Part shown: positions 25,746 through 38,700 of the stretch, one piece after another
Layout of the letters: every line of letters begins with the position of its first letter
Position numbering within the stretch: position 1 is the first letter of the stretch
NCBI GenBank assembly: GCA_013239625.1
Contig: MU053594.1
Location: 2,298,127-2,362,126 of the forward strand
Direction: 5' to 3'
DNA from: Lama guanicoe
Taxonomy: Eukaryota
DNA: 64,000 nt
Made by a program: the position numbers and the translations under genes
Notes under the pieces: model-generated
What the model was told of the DNA's origin: nothing
What the model saw: only the letters and a program-made list of their open reading frames with translations
The model's database searches: none

Positions 25746-28099
25746 TGAGTATCTAAGTTTCTAAAAGGGCGATTCTGATCCAGTGCTATTGGTGATCTAG
25801 GGTGGGGCCCGAGATTCTGCATTTCAAACAAGCTCTCAGATAAGGCGAGGTAAGTAGCAACGTTCTGTCAGGAAGTTTGACATGCACCATCCTTTTTAAT
25901 ACTCCAACAGCCCTGTGAGATAGACAATGCAGTTAATGCATCTTACCATGTAAGAAATGGAGGCTCAGAGAGATTAAGTCACTTGCCTGAGATCATCTCG
26001 TTAGTAAGATGTGGGGTCAGGGGTAGAACCCAAGCAGGTTCTTTTCATGTTAATTATACACATTTCTCACGTTGCAGAATGTGGGTTCACTTCATCAACC
26101 TTCCTTCCTCTGGGACAAGATAGGTGAGCTTCTTCCTGCTCTGAGATCTTCTGGACTGTCTTCATCCTGTGTCTGTAACCATCACGGCCAGTAGCTCTCC
26201 TCATTCCCCCATTGCTGTGAAATCAATCTTGACAGTTACTTTCTGTACTTGGCTGGTAAAAGGGTCCTGGGGACCTGATTAGCATTAGATTACTCTGTCA
26301 GATGGAGAGTACTGGAACCGGAAGGGACCCTGGATGTTATGTCCTTTAATGCCCTTATTTTGCTAATGAGGAAACTGAAAATGAGGCCCAGAAAAGTGAG
26401 GTGGCTTGTCTTGGGACCACTGAAGACAAGATGGAAAATTCCCACAAGGCCAGAGCACTGGCTTGGATTTCTAGGAATAATGAACTAGAAAAGAGAAAAC
26501 AAAAGTTCAGTTTCTTCCTCAGATAAACGTTGGAATAAACAATCTTTGGGATGCCTGGCCTCAGAGTCTTTGGCCATTGGGGATATTCTGGGCGCAGAAT
26601 GTGGCAAAGTGTTTAATGAACCCCTTCCCGAGGTCCAGCCCTGTGAGGGTACAGAGACACACAAGATGTGAAGGGACTCTGTCCCCAGAGGCCACGTATA
26701 TGACAAATGAGGGCACAAAAAAAAGATGGGGAATCAAAGGCACAAGAGTGTGAACGACTATACCTACTGATGGGGCGCAGAAAGAGAAGATTCCCGGGAC
26801 TTGGTTGGTGTGATGAGCAAAGGGCACAGGACAGAAATGACGAAGACCACGGATCAGGAGCTCGTCTCCCTTCCTGCAGTAACGCACAGGTGGCGTTAGC
26901 TGGTGAGTCAGAGAAGGGAGCTTAGACATGGGTTCTAATGCGTCATTTTAAAGATGAGGAAACCAAAGCTCAGAGAGGCTAAGAGATTTTCACCAGGTCA
27001 CCTAACTGGTCGATGTACAAACCCCCATCAGTGCTTCTCACAGGACCAAGACTGGAACCCTCGGTTTCCCTTTGTGCTCCCAGCTTCTCCTCTCTGCCAC
27101 CCCTTCTCCTCAGCAATATTTCTTTTTCTTTTCTTTTTTTCTGTCCTTTATCTGAACATCCTGCTTGCCAGGGAGGGTTGTGGCTTTCAAAAAAGAAACT
27201 TCCTTGGCTGCCGGCTGACTTTGGTGTCACCCCTCCTGCAGAGAACCCCTGCTCCTTGGTGTTGATGCTGTGCTAGCCTGCCCTCCCCTTCCCACGACTG
27301 CCTTCTCTCCAGTTTTGAAGAAAACCTGATTCCATCCCCTCTTCTAGTTCCCTTCCCTTCTTTCTTCACTCTTATCAATTTCCCCCTCTCTCTCATGCAC
27401 ATGCGCATGCACACACACACTCTCACACACATGCTCACACATGTCCCTGAGTTGGAGAGGTTTGAATTAATTATACTCAGTTTATGGCATGTTTTCATTA
27501 CTGGTTTGGGCAGGAACACGCTCCTATTTTATTTGTTAATTCCTCCCCATTTATTCTCATTTCCACATCCCCATGGACAATCATCCTAATAAATTTAAGA
27601 TGTATTTGTGAGTGTTCTTGCAACATGAGTATTGTTTCTGTGCATGCACGTTAAACATGTCTGTAAAGTTTGCTGTGCGATCTCATCCTGTTTTTTCACT
27701 TTCCCCCTCAGCACTGTTTTAGAGTTGCCTGGGATGCTTGTGGACATCTAGTTTGGGGCTTCTGACTGAGGAGGAGAGCTTTCTCCCTTCTTTTTGTCTC
27801 TCCTTCAGGGACAAGCTCTGATAGTCGGTCACATGTGTTGCCCCCAGGTCCTTGTACCGCCTCCCCCAGTCCTCTGATTCCATAGTCACCCTTTCCTGAC
27901 ACTGCCCTCTCCGCGGCCACGACAGTGCCCCCAGCTGGTCTCCATCTTTCATGTTTGATTTTACCCGACTCTTTACCAGTTCTGACAGGTTGGGGACTTC
28001 TCAACTGCAATGATTCTGAAGTCCCCTCAGGCTCTTATTTGTTTCCTCTGTTTTTACAGTTCAATTGAAGTTTTTCCTGGAACATGCGGATTTTTCTTT

Positions 28100-29620
28100 T
28101 TTTTAAAGAACTGTTCTAGATTTGCAGAAAAATTGTGAAGATAGTACAGAGCATTCTCAAATACCTCACGCTCAGTTTACCTGTTATAAACATCTTAACA
28201 CTAACGTGGTACATTTGTTATAATTAACAAATTTGTTATAATTTGCTATGATTAACAAATGAGCATATTATTATTAACTAAAGTCCATAGTTTGTTCAGA
28301 TTTCCTTAGTTTCTGCCTAATACCCTTTTCTGTCCCAGGATCCCATCCAGGACAGGACAGGACCCTTAGTCAGCATGTCTCCTTGAGCCACTTTTCTATT
28401 TTTTCTTTTTTTTAATTTTATTGAAGTATAGTTAGTTACAATGTGTCAATTTCTGGTGTAGAGCACAATGTCCCAGCCTTGCACATACACATAGACATTC
28501 TCTTTCACACTCCTTTTCATCAAAGGTCACCACAAGATACTGAACATAGTTCCCTGTGCTCCACAGAAGAAACTTGTCTTTTATCTATTTTTGTATGCTG
28601 TAGTTAACCTTGGCAAATTTCAAACATCCAAATTTATCCCTTCCCACCCCCTTTCCCTGGGGAACCATAAAGTTGTTTACTATGTCTGCGAGTCTGTTTC
28701 TGTTTTTTTTTTCTTCCCCCCCCTTTTTTTTCCCTTTTGTTTTTGTTTTTTTTAGGTTGCTCTTGGTTTGACAATTTCTCAGGAGTTCTCTGCTGTCGAT
28801 GACCTGACGGTTTTTTTTTTTTTAATTCTTTTTTTTTTAGTGCTAAGCATGTGCTCTACCACTTGAGCCATACCCTCCCCCCGACCTGACGGTTTTGAGG
28901 AGCATCGATCAGGTGTATTGTAGGATGTCCCTCTACTGGGATTTGTCTGATGTTTTCCTCACGACAGGACTGGAGTTACGGTTTTCTGGGAGGGAGACCA
29001 CAGAGATAAAGTGCTGTTTACATCAATTCCTATCAGGGGTGCCTGCTGTCACCATGATGCAACCCCACGGATGCCGACATTGGTCACCAGGTGGAGGTGG
29101 TGCTGGTCGGGGTTTCTCTGTTATAAAGTTACTCTCGTATTTTTCTCCTTCCCATGTTGCACTTATTGGAAGGCAGGCACATGTCCAGCCCACACTTAGG
29201 ACGGGGAGAGTTTTGCTCCCTCTCCCTGAGGGTTATTAGCTACATAAAGCATGTGGAGGTCTTCTGTCTGGGAGATCTGTCTTTTCTCTCCTATTTATTG
29301 ATTCAATTATTTATTTGTATCAGTATGGACTCGTGGATATTGATTTCATACTTTGGGCTGAAAGTTTTGTTTGGTTTTGTTTTTCTCAAGACGATCCAGT
29401 GGTGACCAGTGGGAGCTAGTTCAGTTGGCTCCTGGGTCCCTCGCTGAGGGTTTTAGATTTTTTTTTAAGCATTTCTTTACTTTGTGGCACTGCGGGTTGC
29501 CTTAGGCTGTCTGCTCACCTTGTGTATTTCTTTTCCTGGTCGTAGAATCAGCCATTTCTCCGAGGAGCCCTGGTTCCTTTTCCGGGAGAATGGCACTCGA
29601 CACCAGGATCTGGGGGCTAA
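28100..29620 (-). mobile_element. Old L1MC-like fragment interrupted by a younger L1 3' end (about 28400-28710) and a short SINE (28815-28882)
   Basis: L1 3'UTR motifs with nested poly-T-headed inserts. Confidence 0.7.
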
Positions 29621-31049
29621 GTGTGCTTTGGGCTCTTATTTCTCAATGTAATTTTTTTTTCTCTTTTTGTTAAGTCTCCTCTTCTCTGTCCATTGACCAT
29701 GGGGGTTTCCCAAGAGTTAATCACACATTCAAGTCAATAACAAAGAGTCCTGACTCTGCACAGGAACTTTGTGAGAGATTGAAAATGGGTGATGCACAGT
29801 CATGGAGTTTAGCCCGGGGTGGGATACAGATGGACAGAGACATAAACGTCAATCTCCGAAGATTCCCTGAGGAACTAGTGACTAATTCAGACCGCGCAAT
29901 GTGGGAAGTTCCTGAGCTGGGAGTTGAAGGAAGGTCTGTTCTATTGTCTACTCCCAGACTCTTATAATAAACCCCTTGATACTATAATATCTTGCTACAG
30001 TAAGAGGCCCTCTCTGGATGGAGCAGCCATTGCTGATGCTGAGCTGGCTTCCCCTTCCTCCATCAATGCTTCTTCCCTTCCTGTGCAGCAATGAGCAGAC
30101 CCCTCCTTCTATCCCCACTCTCCAGAGCCCAGAAAAATACCTGTGGCCCAGGGATCTTCAACACGGTTGGTACATTTTATTTCTTTAGTTAGGGAGTGGG
30201 TGCGTGGTGTTTGTTTTTGTATTCATCATTTCTTTTTATACAGCTTGGCTATTTCATAATAAAATTTGAAACATATCAGTGAAGAAAATAAGAAAGACCT
30301 GTGTTCGGCCCTAGCCTGCATGACCAGGCACCCTTGCTCCTGTGGCAAACACTGACCCTGCCAGATGCCTGCCGCTCCCAGCCTGGACCTGGGGAAAGTG
30401 CAGCTGGTTTGGACCAGGTGGGTCTGCTGGAGCCTGTCTGACTGGGAGTTGCTTGGTGTCAATGTGACTCAACATCTCAGTGGGTGGCAGATAGAAACCT
30501 ACCTTCACCCTCCACCTCCCGTTCACCTCGCCCTCCTCCTCCTCAAGGCTCACCTCTGACCCCTAGAGAGCCTTAGAGCTGTGACAGAGGGACATCCCTT
30601 CCCTCAGCGGCCGAGGCCACCCTGCAAGGGCCAGGATGGGGCTCGGGGGCTTGCGCATTAACCCCCCCATCTTGTGGCAGCACTTGCCACTGCAAAAATG
30701 GACTCAAACTTCCTTATCTCCCATCGAAAGCCACCTGTGAACCAAAACCTGAAAGGGGCAGCTCTACGTCTGGCAGCAGCCAAGAAAAACCAAAGTCCTG
30801 CCAACAGCCAAGGCGGGTGAGATGCAGGCCAAGCAGTGGGTCAGCTGGGGACGCTGCTCTAGGCCAGGGCTGGGAGGGTGGCTTCAGCCTTTAAGGGAAA
30901 GACTGGGAGTGATTCCAGCACCTAGTGTGTGCAGGCTGGTAGCTGTGATGTTTCATGTGCAAGGCTAGGCTGGTCAGCCTTTGGGTCCAAGACATTGCTC
31001 TCATGCTGGTTAGGGGGCTGGTGGCTCTTGAGAAGACCTTTGGAGCTGG

Positions 31050-31540
31050 TGTGGTGGATGAAAGATGTCTGCAAATTCCCTCCTCTTGAACCTGCTTGAC
31101 CAACAGAATGTGGCAGAAGTGAGATTCTGGGAGTTTTGAGCCTAGATCAAATGAAGTCTTGCAGCTTCTGCCCAGTTCTTTTGGAACATTCTCTCTGGGA
31201 GTCTTGATGTGCCATGTAAGGAATCTCATCATCCTGAGACTGCCATGCAGAAGAGACCACATGTAGGCCCTTCAGTCACCAGTCCCAGCTGAGTCAAGCC
31301 TTCCAGCCACACCTACGAGGGCATAAGACCTGAAAGTGAAACCATCTTACATCCCAGATCAGCCCATTAACCAGCTGAGTATCACAGACGTACCCCTGCT
31401 GATGCCTCATAGAACAGAATTGCCCTGCTGATCCCTGAACAAATCCCTGAACTATGACATCATGAGATAGAAGAAAATGATTGTTGTTTTATGCTTCTAG
31501 GTTTTGGGGTTGTTTGTTACACAGCAGTAGATAACTGAGA
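31050..31540 (+). mobile_element. MLT1 (MaLR) solo LTR
   Basis: tgaccaacagaatgtggcagaagtga...gttttggggttgtttgttacacagcagtagataactga. Confidence 0.8.
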
Positions 31541-33876
31541 CTGCCTGGGCACCCCCGTCTAGGCCACATGCCTGATTATTGACTTCCAAATCCTGCATCA
31601 ATACAGGAGACAGGATGACTCTCAAAATGACCTGGCAGAGGGCTGGAGCCAAGACTAAAGGCACTGAGCATCTCTTTGAAAATAGTGTTCTAGAGGCTCT
31701 CTGTTGGGGCAAGCTCTGAGTCCATGGGGCGCAGTGCTGAGTAAACAGAACTGACTTTCAGATGGCGGGGCAAAGAGTGCATGAATGGAGGGGCTGAGTG
31801 AGCCTGGGGGGGAAGCACGAGGGGGCCGAACACTGAAAGAGGAAGAGGAGAAGCTGGGAGACTAGCAAAGAGGGGGCTGGATTTTGGAGGAGGCGTGGGG
31901 TTGAGTGTTTCCCAAGGGAAGGAACAGGGGGCTCTGGGAGTAGGGGAAGCCTGGCGCTGGTGTCTGCCTGGCGCCTCCTCCCTGGTCCCGCCCTCCGCTG
32001 CCTCTGTGCCTGGCTGCCTTTAAAGAGCTCCGCCTGGCATCCGGTGATCTCACACAACAGTGCAGGTGCAGGCCTGGCCCGTAAACCACAACCACCAGGG
32101 CCTGTGCGGCCACAATGCGCAGGGCAGAGCCTCCAGAGGGGGATAAAGGGTGATTATTTGTTTAGCATCATTAGCAAGAGACCCAGAGCCCGTCCAAAGC
32201 AAAGCAGATACTTTTGTATTAAAGAGATTAAACCTTCCACTCAGCTGAGAAGCCTCTGCTGCGGGGGTGGCTTTGTTGTGCCTGGCATTGTGTGTGATTA
32301 TATGCAAATCACCGGGAGGCCTCACTGGGGTCCTGACCACAGAGGCTTAGCTGCCCACCGGGGTTGGATGTGCAGGAGGGAGGCAGCCGCAGGCACCCCA
32401 GGCAGAGGAAGGCTGTTTTTCCTTGAGTTCAGGAAATCGGGGTTTTGAAAAAATGTTTAATGTGTCAACTAGGTGCTTCTGTTGGATGGGTAGGAGTGTG
32501 GGGACGGAAGTGCCACCAGGAAAGTATAACTGGAAATTTACGGCAATGTCCAGTGAGGATGAGGGAGGGTCATCTTCTTTGAAGGGACCCCCTGACTGCA
32601 TCACTGGCGGAATTTTCTAACTTTCTATTTTGAAACTTAAGAGTAATACATGTGGTTGCCAAGGAGATGGGGACATGTTTTGCTTTCATGTTTCATTTTC
32701 CCTCAGCCATTTGCCAGGATCCCTTAGCGGCCAATCAGAAGGACTTGGGGGTCATTACCTTGGATCTGTTGATCCAGAAAACATTTGCTGTCTGCTCTGT
32801 GCAAGGTACAGTGCAGGTGCTGGGGGGCAGGGGGCAGTGGGTGCTCAGTGAGAACAGGTGAATAAGATAGCTCTGTTCTGAAGTTTCCAGATTAAGACGT
32901 GTACCCGGATAACTAAAACACCTGGTGGAATTTGGTAAGGGCTGGAAGAAATGCCCTGAGCGAGTACTTGGCTTCAGTTAGGAGGGGTCAGGGAAGGCTT
33001 TATAGAGCCAGGCCTTGAAGGTCTGGAGGCGAGGGCTGGGGCCTGCATGAGGCACGAGGTTCTCACTGGAAAGCACCAGGTGCAGGCTGGCCAGGGGCAC
33101 TGGGTCACATTGTGTCCCTAGGGACAGCTTCTGCATTCCAGGGCCCACGTTCTCTCTGCGTTCTAGCATTTGGCTTGCACAAATTGGAGTTAGCTGTCTA
33201 ACCCATGAATGAATGAATCCTGGGTGTCCAGGACCCTCTGTTAGCATCTGAAGAACTGCCAGGGGGTGGCCATGGAGACTTCTGCATCCCGCCTGCTGAT
33301 GGCTCCGGGGGTGCCCCGGCATGCTCCTGTGCCTTTTCCCTTGGCTGCTCCTAAGGCCTTAAAGACAGGGTCAGCTCGGACATCTTCAAGGCCCTACTTT
33401 CAAGTGGGCATAAAATGTCGTCCAGCAGGGCTCAGGGGTGATAGCCGTGAGCTCCCCTCCCTGGCCTGGCTGGGGTCCCACGGGTCTGAGCGTGAGGGTA
33501 CAGTGAGCTGTAGATTATGGCGATCACTCAAGACACGACCAGGGCCAAAAAGAAAACCCAGGAGAGCTGGGTAGCCGAGACAACCATCTGAAAAACTGGG
33601 CAGCGTGGTGGAAGCAGGGAAGAGACTGTGGGACGGAAACCAGAGAGTCTAGCCCGAGCCACTAGACAGTGGTGGGGTGCAGGGATGGTGGCAGACACGC
33701 CCCTTCGGAGCTCTAGCCTCAGGCATGAGCAGTGAGGACACTCAGGAGCTTATCAGCCCTGACACCCCACGGGAGCCAGTTCACAGGCAGGTGTTGGCTC
33801 AGTGTATTCCCAGAGGGCGAGGCACCAGTCGTCAAGCTGAACACAGCTCTGGGGCCAGACAGGAACATTGAGATTT

Positions 33877-33969
33877 GGGGGTGGGTATGACTCAGCAGTA
33901 GAGCGCATGCTTAGCATGCACGAGATCCTGGGTTCAGTCCCCAGTACCTCCATTAAAAAAAAAAAAAAC
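33877..33969 (+). mobile_element. tRNA-derived SINE (Vic-1 type)
   Basis: ...gtagagcgcatgcttagcatgcacgagatcctgggttcagtccccagtacctcc followed by poly-A. Confidence 0.85.
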
Positions 33970-36900
33970 AATGAAAGAAAAAACCAGAGAAACTCCATCC
34001 TTTCCCAGCACCCCTCCACTCCAGTCCCCAGAGGAGCTCCTGGCCTTGTCAAGGGGCCTCTCGGGTGGTAACAAGAGAGAGCCTTTCTGCTGATGCGAGG
34101 TCTGAGCACAGAGGAGGAGGACTACCTTCTGCCTTCTGTAGATCCAGACACTTTAGAGCTCTGGTGAGAACCAGGCGACCCTGGGGAAGCCTGCACCAGC
34201 CTCTCTGAGTTGCACCTTGCTGGAGAGTCTCCTTTTGCCAGAAGTTTCTGTGAGCATAGGATCTCTGGGTTCTGAGGCGGCATATTGGATGGAAGCCAAA
34301 AAAAAACCTGCCCCCCAAAACAAACCAAATTGCTCATGTGTCTTGCCCCATGGAGGAGCAGATGTTTCTGTGAGGGTGGGGGAAACAATGGGGGCTACAA
34401 TCCGACGGGAGCCAGGCCGAAAGAGTCCCAGATGATAGAGGAGTTAAAAGGAATTTTGTACGGATATTGTCTGGACTTGGATTGGATAAAAGATGCCGGC
34501 AGACGGGCTGTTCACCTGCTGGGCTTTTGTTCTGCTCTGCAGTGTCTGCTTTCCACACAGCCCTTGGGGTGGGGTGATGGTGGGGAGGGCCCGCTGTCTG
34601 CCATCTGCGGGAGAAGTAAAACAGACACCCACACGCGAGCCAACGGAAACTCTCAGCAAAACAAACAGCGTGCGGAGGGTGCCTGCCGGCCCGGAGTGTG
34701 TAACAGGGGGGGCGGGACAGGAGAGGTGGGACAGGAGAGGTGAGGGGGCACCTGCCGGGGCAGGTCAGGGACCTGGGTGTGCAGGGGTCAGGTGAGGTCT
34801 GGAGCCCTCAGCTGCCAGGTGAGAGCCTCTCATTCATGCAGCTGCCAGGTTTGAAAAGCTAGAGCTGCAAATCTAGCGTTAGTTGTAACCCATCCTCCTG
34901 ATCGCCAGCACCGCTGATCAGGCTGCTGGGTTTGTCGAGATGGACTGAATGTGAGATGGGGAGTTAGGTAGCTGGGGTTCAAGTCCTGACTTTGCCACTT
35001 CAGTGATTACCACTCTCCCCTGTTGCTTTCACATCTGTAAAATGGGGCGATAGTAATGTCTAACTTAGAGGGTTGTCAGGAAGATCGAAATAATATCTAC
35101 AAAAAGTACTTTGTGAACTGCTGAATTCTGCACAAATGCTGGCTGTTATTAACACTTGACGTCTGTGGCTGACTATTTGGATCACAGACGCTTGCTCCCG
35201 GCTTGGGACAGGCAGAACACATGTCCATCCGGAGGGGAAGCCCAGGGCCCAGGCAGGGACTTAAGGAGAAGAAACTCTGAGCTTCCAGCTGGGGTTGGGG
35301 GCCCTGGGTCAGTGAGGAAAGTGGGCACTGGGATGGCACGGGGTCGGGGAGGGGTTCAGAGTTACATATGAGGGCTTGGTGGCATTAAACACTGGGCCTG
35401 GCCCTACTTTGGGGGCTGAGAGCTGGACTACAGATCTCCAACAGCCCGGCTCTCCCAGGGATGGGCTCTGCTCCCCTCCCTCCGTGTCCACGCCCCAGCG
35501 CGGTGAGTGGCAGCTGGAGGCTGGTGTCCACAAACCTGTTGGGACAGGGCAGGTGACTTGTTTGCTGTTCCCAGGGCCAAGCCTTGTGGGCCGGACCCAG
35601 AAGTATTGTGTTACATGCAGCCAAAGAATTCCTCCCCTCGCCTACCTCCATTTATAAAGGAGAAATAAAACCCGGAGCTATACGCTCTCTGGCCCCAAGC
35701 CAGGTCCTCAAGTGTCATCTCTGGGGAGCTGCTCTCCCAGGGTGGGGCACAGCCTCCAGGGAAACAAGAGCCCTTTCCCCCCTCCCCCCAGGGGGGTGGG
35801 CCTTCTCCAGGCCCCACCTACCCCTGAGAGGCCCTGGATGTTTCAACCCTACTCCTGAATGTTTTCCTCATCCCAGGTCTCAGTCCTTGAGGGCAGAGTC
35901 GGGCTTGGAGCTTCCCTTGGCCCAGTGGAGACTGGGGCTGAGTTGCTGGGTTTCCATCTCAGCCCTGGGCACTACTGGTGCCTTCCAGCAAAGAGAGCCA
36001 CCAGAGACGCTTTTTCTGTTGTCTGTGGCCTGGTGCCCTCATCTCTGTTTGCTTTGAGAACCTCAGACAGGGTTTGGCTCCTCCAGGGCTTGCACTGTTA
36101 CACTTCAGAGCTCTGGTGAGAACCAGGCAGCCCTGGGGAAGCCTGCACCAGCCTCTCTGAGCTGCGTCTTGCTGGAGAGTCCCAGGACCAGAGGAGGTCT
36201 GAGCTTTGGAGGCCAAGTGAGAGCCCAGAGACGGAACGGCTGATGGAGCGAGTGGTTCAGGGAGAGTAACAGGGGAGGGGCTGGAAAAAGATCTCGTCCT
36301 GGGACTGGGCTGTGGAGGACCTTGGAGATTCCCTGCCGGCCTGCCCCTTCCTGGATACGTGATTCTTTTTCTATCTGGAGGAAGAGGGGTCTCTAGGAAA
36401 CTGGGATTTGAGTCTACCAATGCTACTAATTCACCAGGGACAAATCATTTCATGTCACAGGCCTCAGTTTCTTCATTTGTAAAATAAGGAAACCAGACTG
36501 GATGAACCTTAAGGTCCCTTCTGTCTTTCTGTAAATTTTATGACCATTTTATATCCCTGGCCCCTGGAAAACAATAAAGGCTAGTTTAGAAGTGATGGCA
36601 CAATCTCTTTCTTGCCTCCCCTTCCAGGAAGTCTGCCTGGCTTGGCCCTGCTGAGATGAAAGAACTTCTCAAAGTACTCCTAGGAGAAACAGCTATATTA
36701 CTTGAGAAGTGGTGGTAATAAGATTCAGTTTATGAGGAATGTGAGAATTTAATTTTTTTAACAGTATAAAGCAGTATATAATTAAATTGGGCTGACACAC
36801 TTCCCGTCCCCTAAACGTGTCCATGTCTCTTCCACGTGGCAGGACAAAACTTTTGACTTGCTAGTTTCTTTCTTGCCTGTTACTCTCTTCATGTCTTAGT

Positions 36901-38484
36901 TAAATATTGAATTGTCATTTAGCTCACCTTGTGTCTGTTTGGTGTCCATACCCCAGCTTTGAGCGATTTGGGCGCAGGGTCTCCATTCTTTCACGTCACC
37001 CGCAGTGAAATGTCTTGCTCATAAGCATTGACCGAGAGTGTTGGTGCCTGAGAGCCAGGCTTTACCTGTGTGTTCACCGTACTCACTAGCTCCAGGAGCA
37101 GTGCCTGGCACATGGTAGTACTCAGAGGGTGTTTGCTGAATGAATAGAATGTCAAAAGCATGAAGAATAGGTGCTTGCAAGTGCTTCCTGTTTTGCACTG
37201 AGCAAATCTCTTTCTTGCTGTCACCCTTGGACTAACTTGGTGTTGAAAATCTTCTTTCTCCCACAGTCTCCTTGGCTCTAGCTCTCAGTCTTCCTTGACG
37301 CTCAGATCTCTGGCTTCTGCTCCCATCCCTCTTGTGTCCTCCACGGGGAACCCCAGCCACTCTTTGTGATGTCATCTACTACTCCCATGCTGATGGCTCT
37401 GAAGTGTGTCCTCGGCTCTGAACTTTGCTGGTGTTAAGTTCTTAGATCTCCTGTTGACTGTTGGCCAATTGATAGAATCAGAATATCAGTGTTGGAAGGA
37501 AACTTAGAAGTCATCTAACTAGATCCCTCACCTTCACTCCCCCTGCTTTTCTCTGCTCTCATGGGTTCCCTCACCTGGCAGCCGCTTCCTTGTTCTCTAG
37601 CCCCAGTGGTTGTCCTGTATCTTTCTTCCCTCCTTTCATCTGTCCTCTTGTCTAAACTGTAAGCTTCTTGACCACAGCGGCCATATCTTATGTGAATCAA
37701 TTAACCTCTCTTTAGAAATGGTAAATATTTGGAAACATGAAAAGTTTGAATATTTGCACTTAGGGGAGCGGTGCTGTTCCCTAAGTAGGTGTTGGCGGGG
37801 CCCACCCCTTCCCTCCAGTTTTGACATCAGAAAGTCCTGGGATGGAATTCCAGCTCTACCATTTAGCTGCTAGGCGACTTTAGGAAAGTTACCTTTCTAA
37901 GTCTTGATTTTTCTCATCTACAAGGCTCTGATAATAGCAGTGGCTGTCGTAGGCTTGGCATACGGATTCATGCGATGCTGTAAATTCAGTACTTATGACA
38001 GGGCCTGACACATATCAGGGGCTCTAAAGATGGCTGCTGTTAACATTTTGAGGCTGATGTTAATATTGAACCTGGGGTTCTAGGCCAGCCACAAAGCAAT
38101 GTGCAGCCCTTGCTCCGCACTTCCCTGTCCCCGGTTCACCTCTCAATACAATACTGAAACCATAGTCTGCCTTTAATCTCTGGGTCAGGGTACAAGGGTC
38201 AGTTTGTTCTCCCTTCAGATAAGTCCAGTAATTTCTGCTTCTGGACGTGGAACGACTTTGTCACTGATGTGGACTCTATGGGGCAGAGAGGAGAAGGAGG
38301 AAACGAATCTGACTGTGTGAGACCCTGTGCTGAGCAGCTTTATGTCATGGTGGCTGCCCTCGGAGAGCCTGTGGTCTGGCAGGGAGGAAAGGCCAGGATG
38401 CGGGGAATAATCAGGAGCCAATATCAGCTCCACACGATGGAGGTCTCCATTGTGACAGCCAAACGCAGCTGGGAGGCTCTTTAG

Positions 38485-38700
38485 CAGGTGGTTAAGGGGT
38501 TCGTTCTGGAGTCACAGAGACCAGGATTGTCATCTTGGTTCTGCCACTCAGTGCCTGTGGGACTTTGAGGAAGTCACTCAACCTCTCTAGGTCTTTGTTG
38601 CCTCATCCGGACTCTTTGGTGAGGATTAAAGGAGCTCATGCACTGAAAAGCATTCAGCCTGGTGCACGCAGCCTAGCACGCGCCTCTACGTGTTAACTCC
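38485..38700 (+). mobile_element. MIR SINE
   Basis: gtggttaagg...ctggagtca...tctgccact...gtgaggattaaa. Confidence 0.7.
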
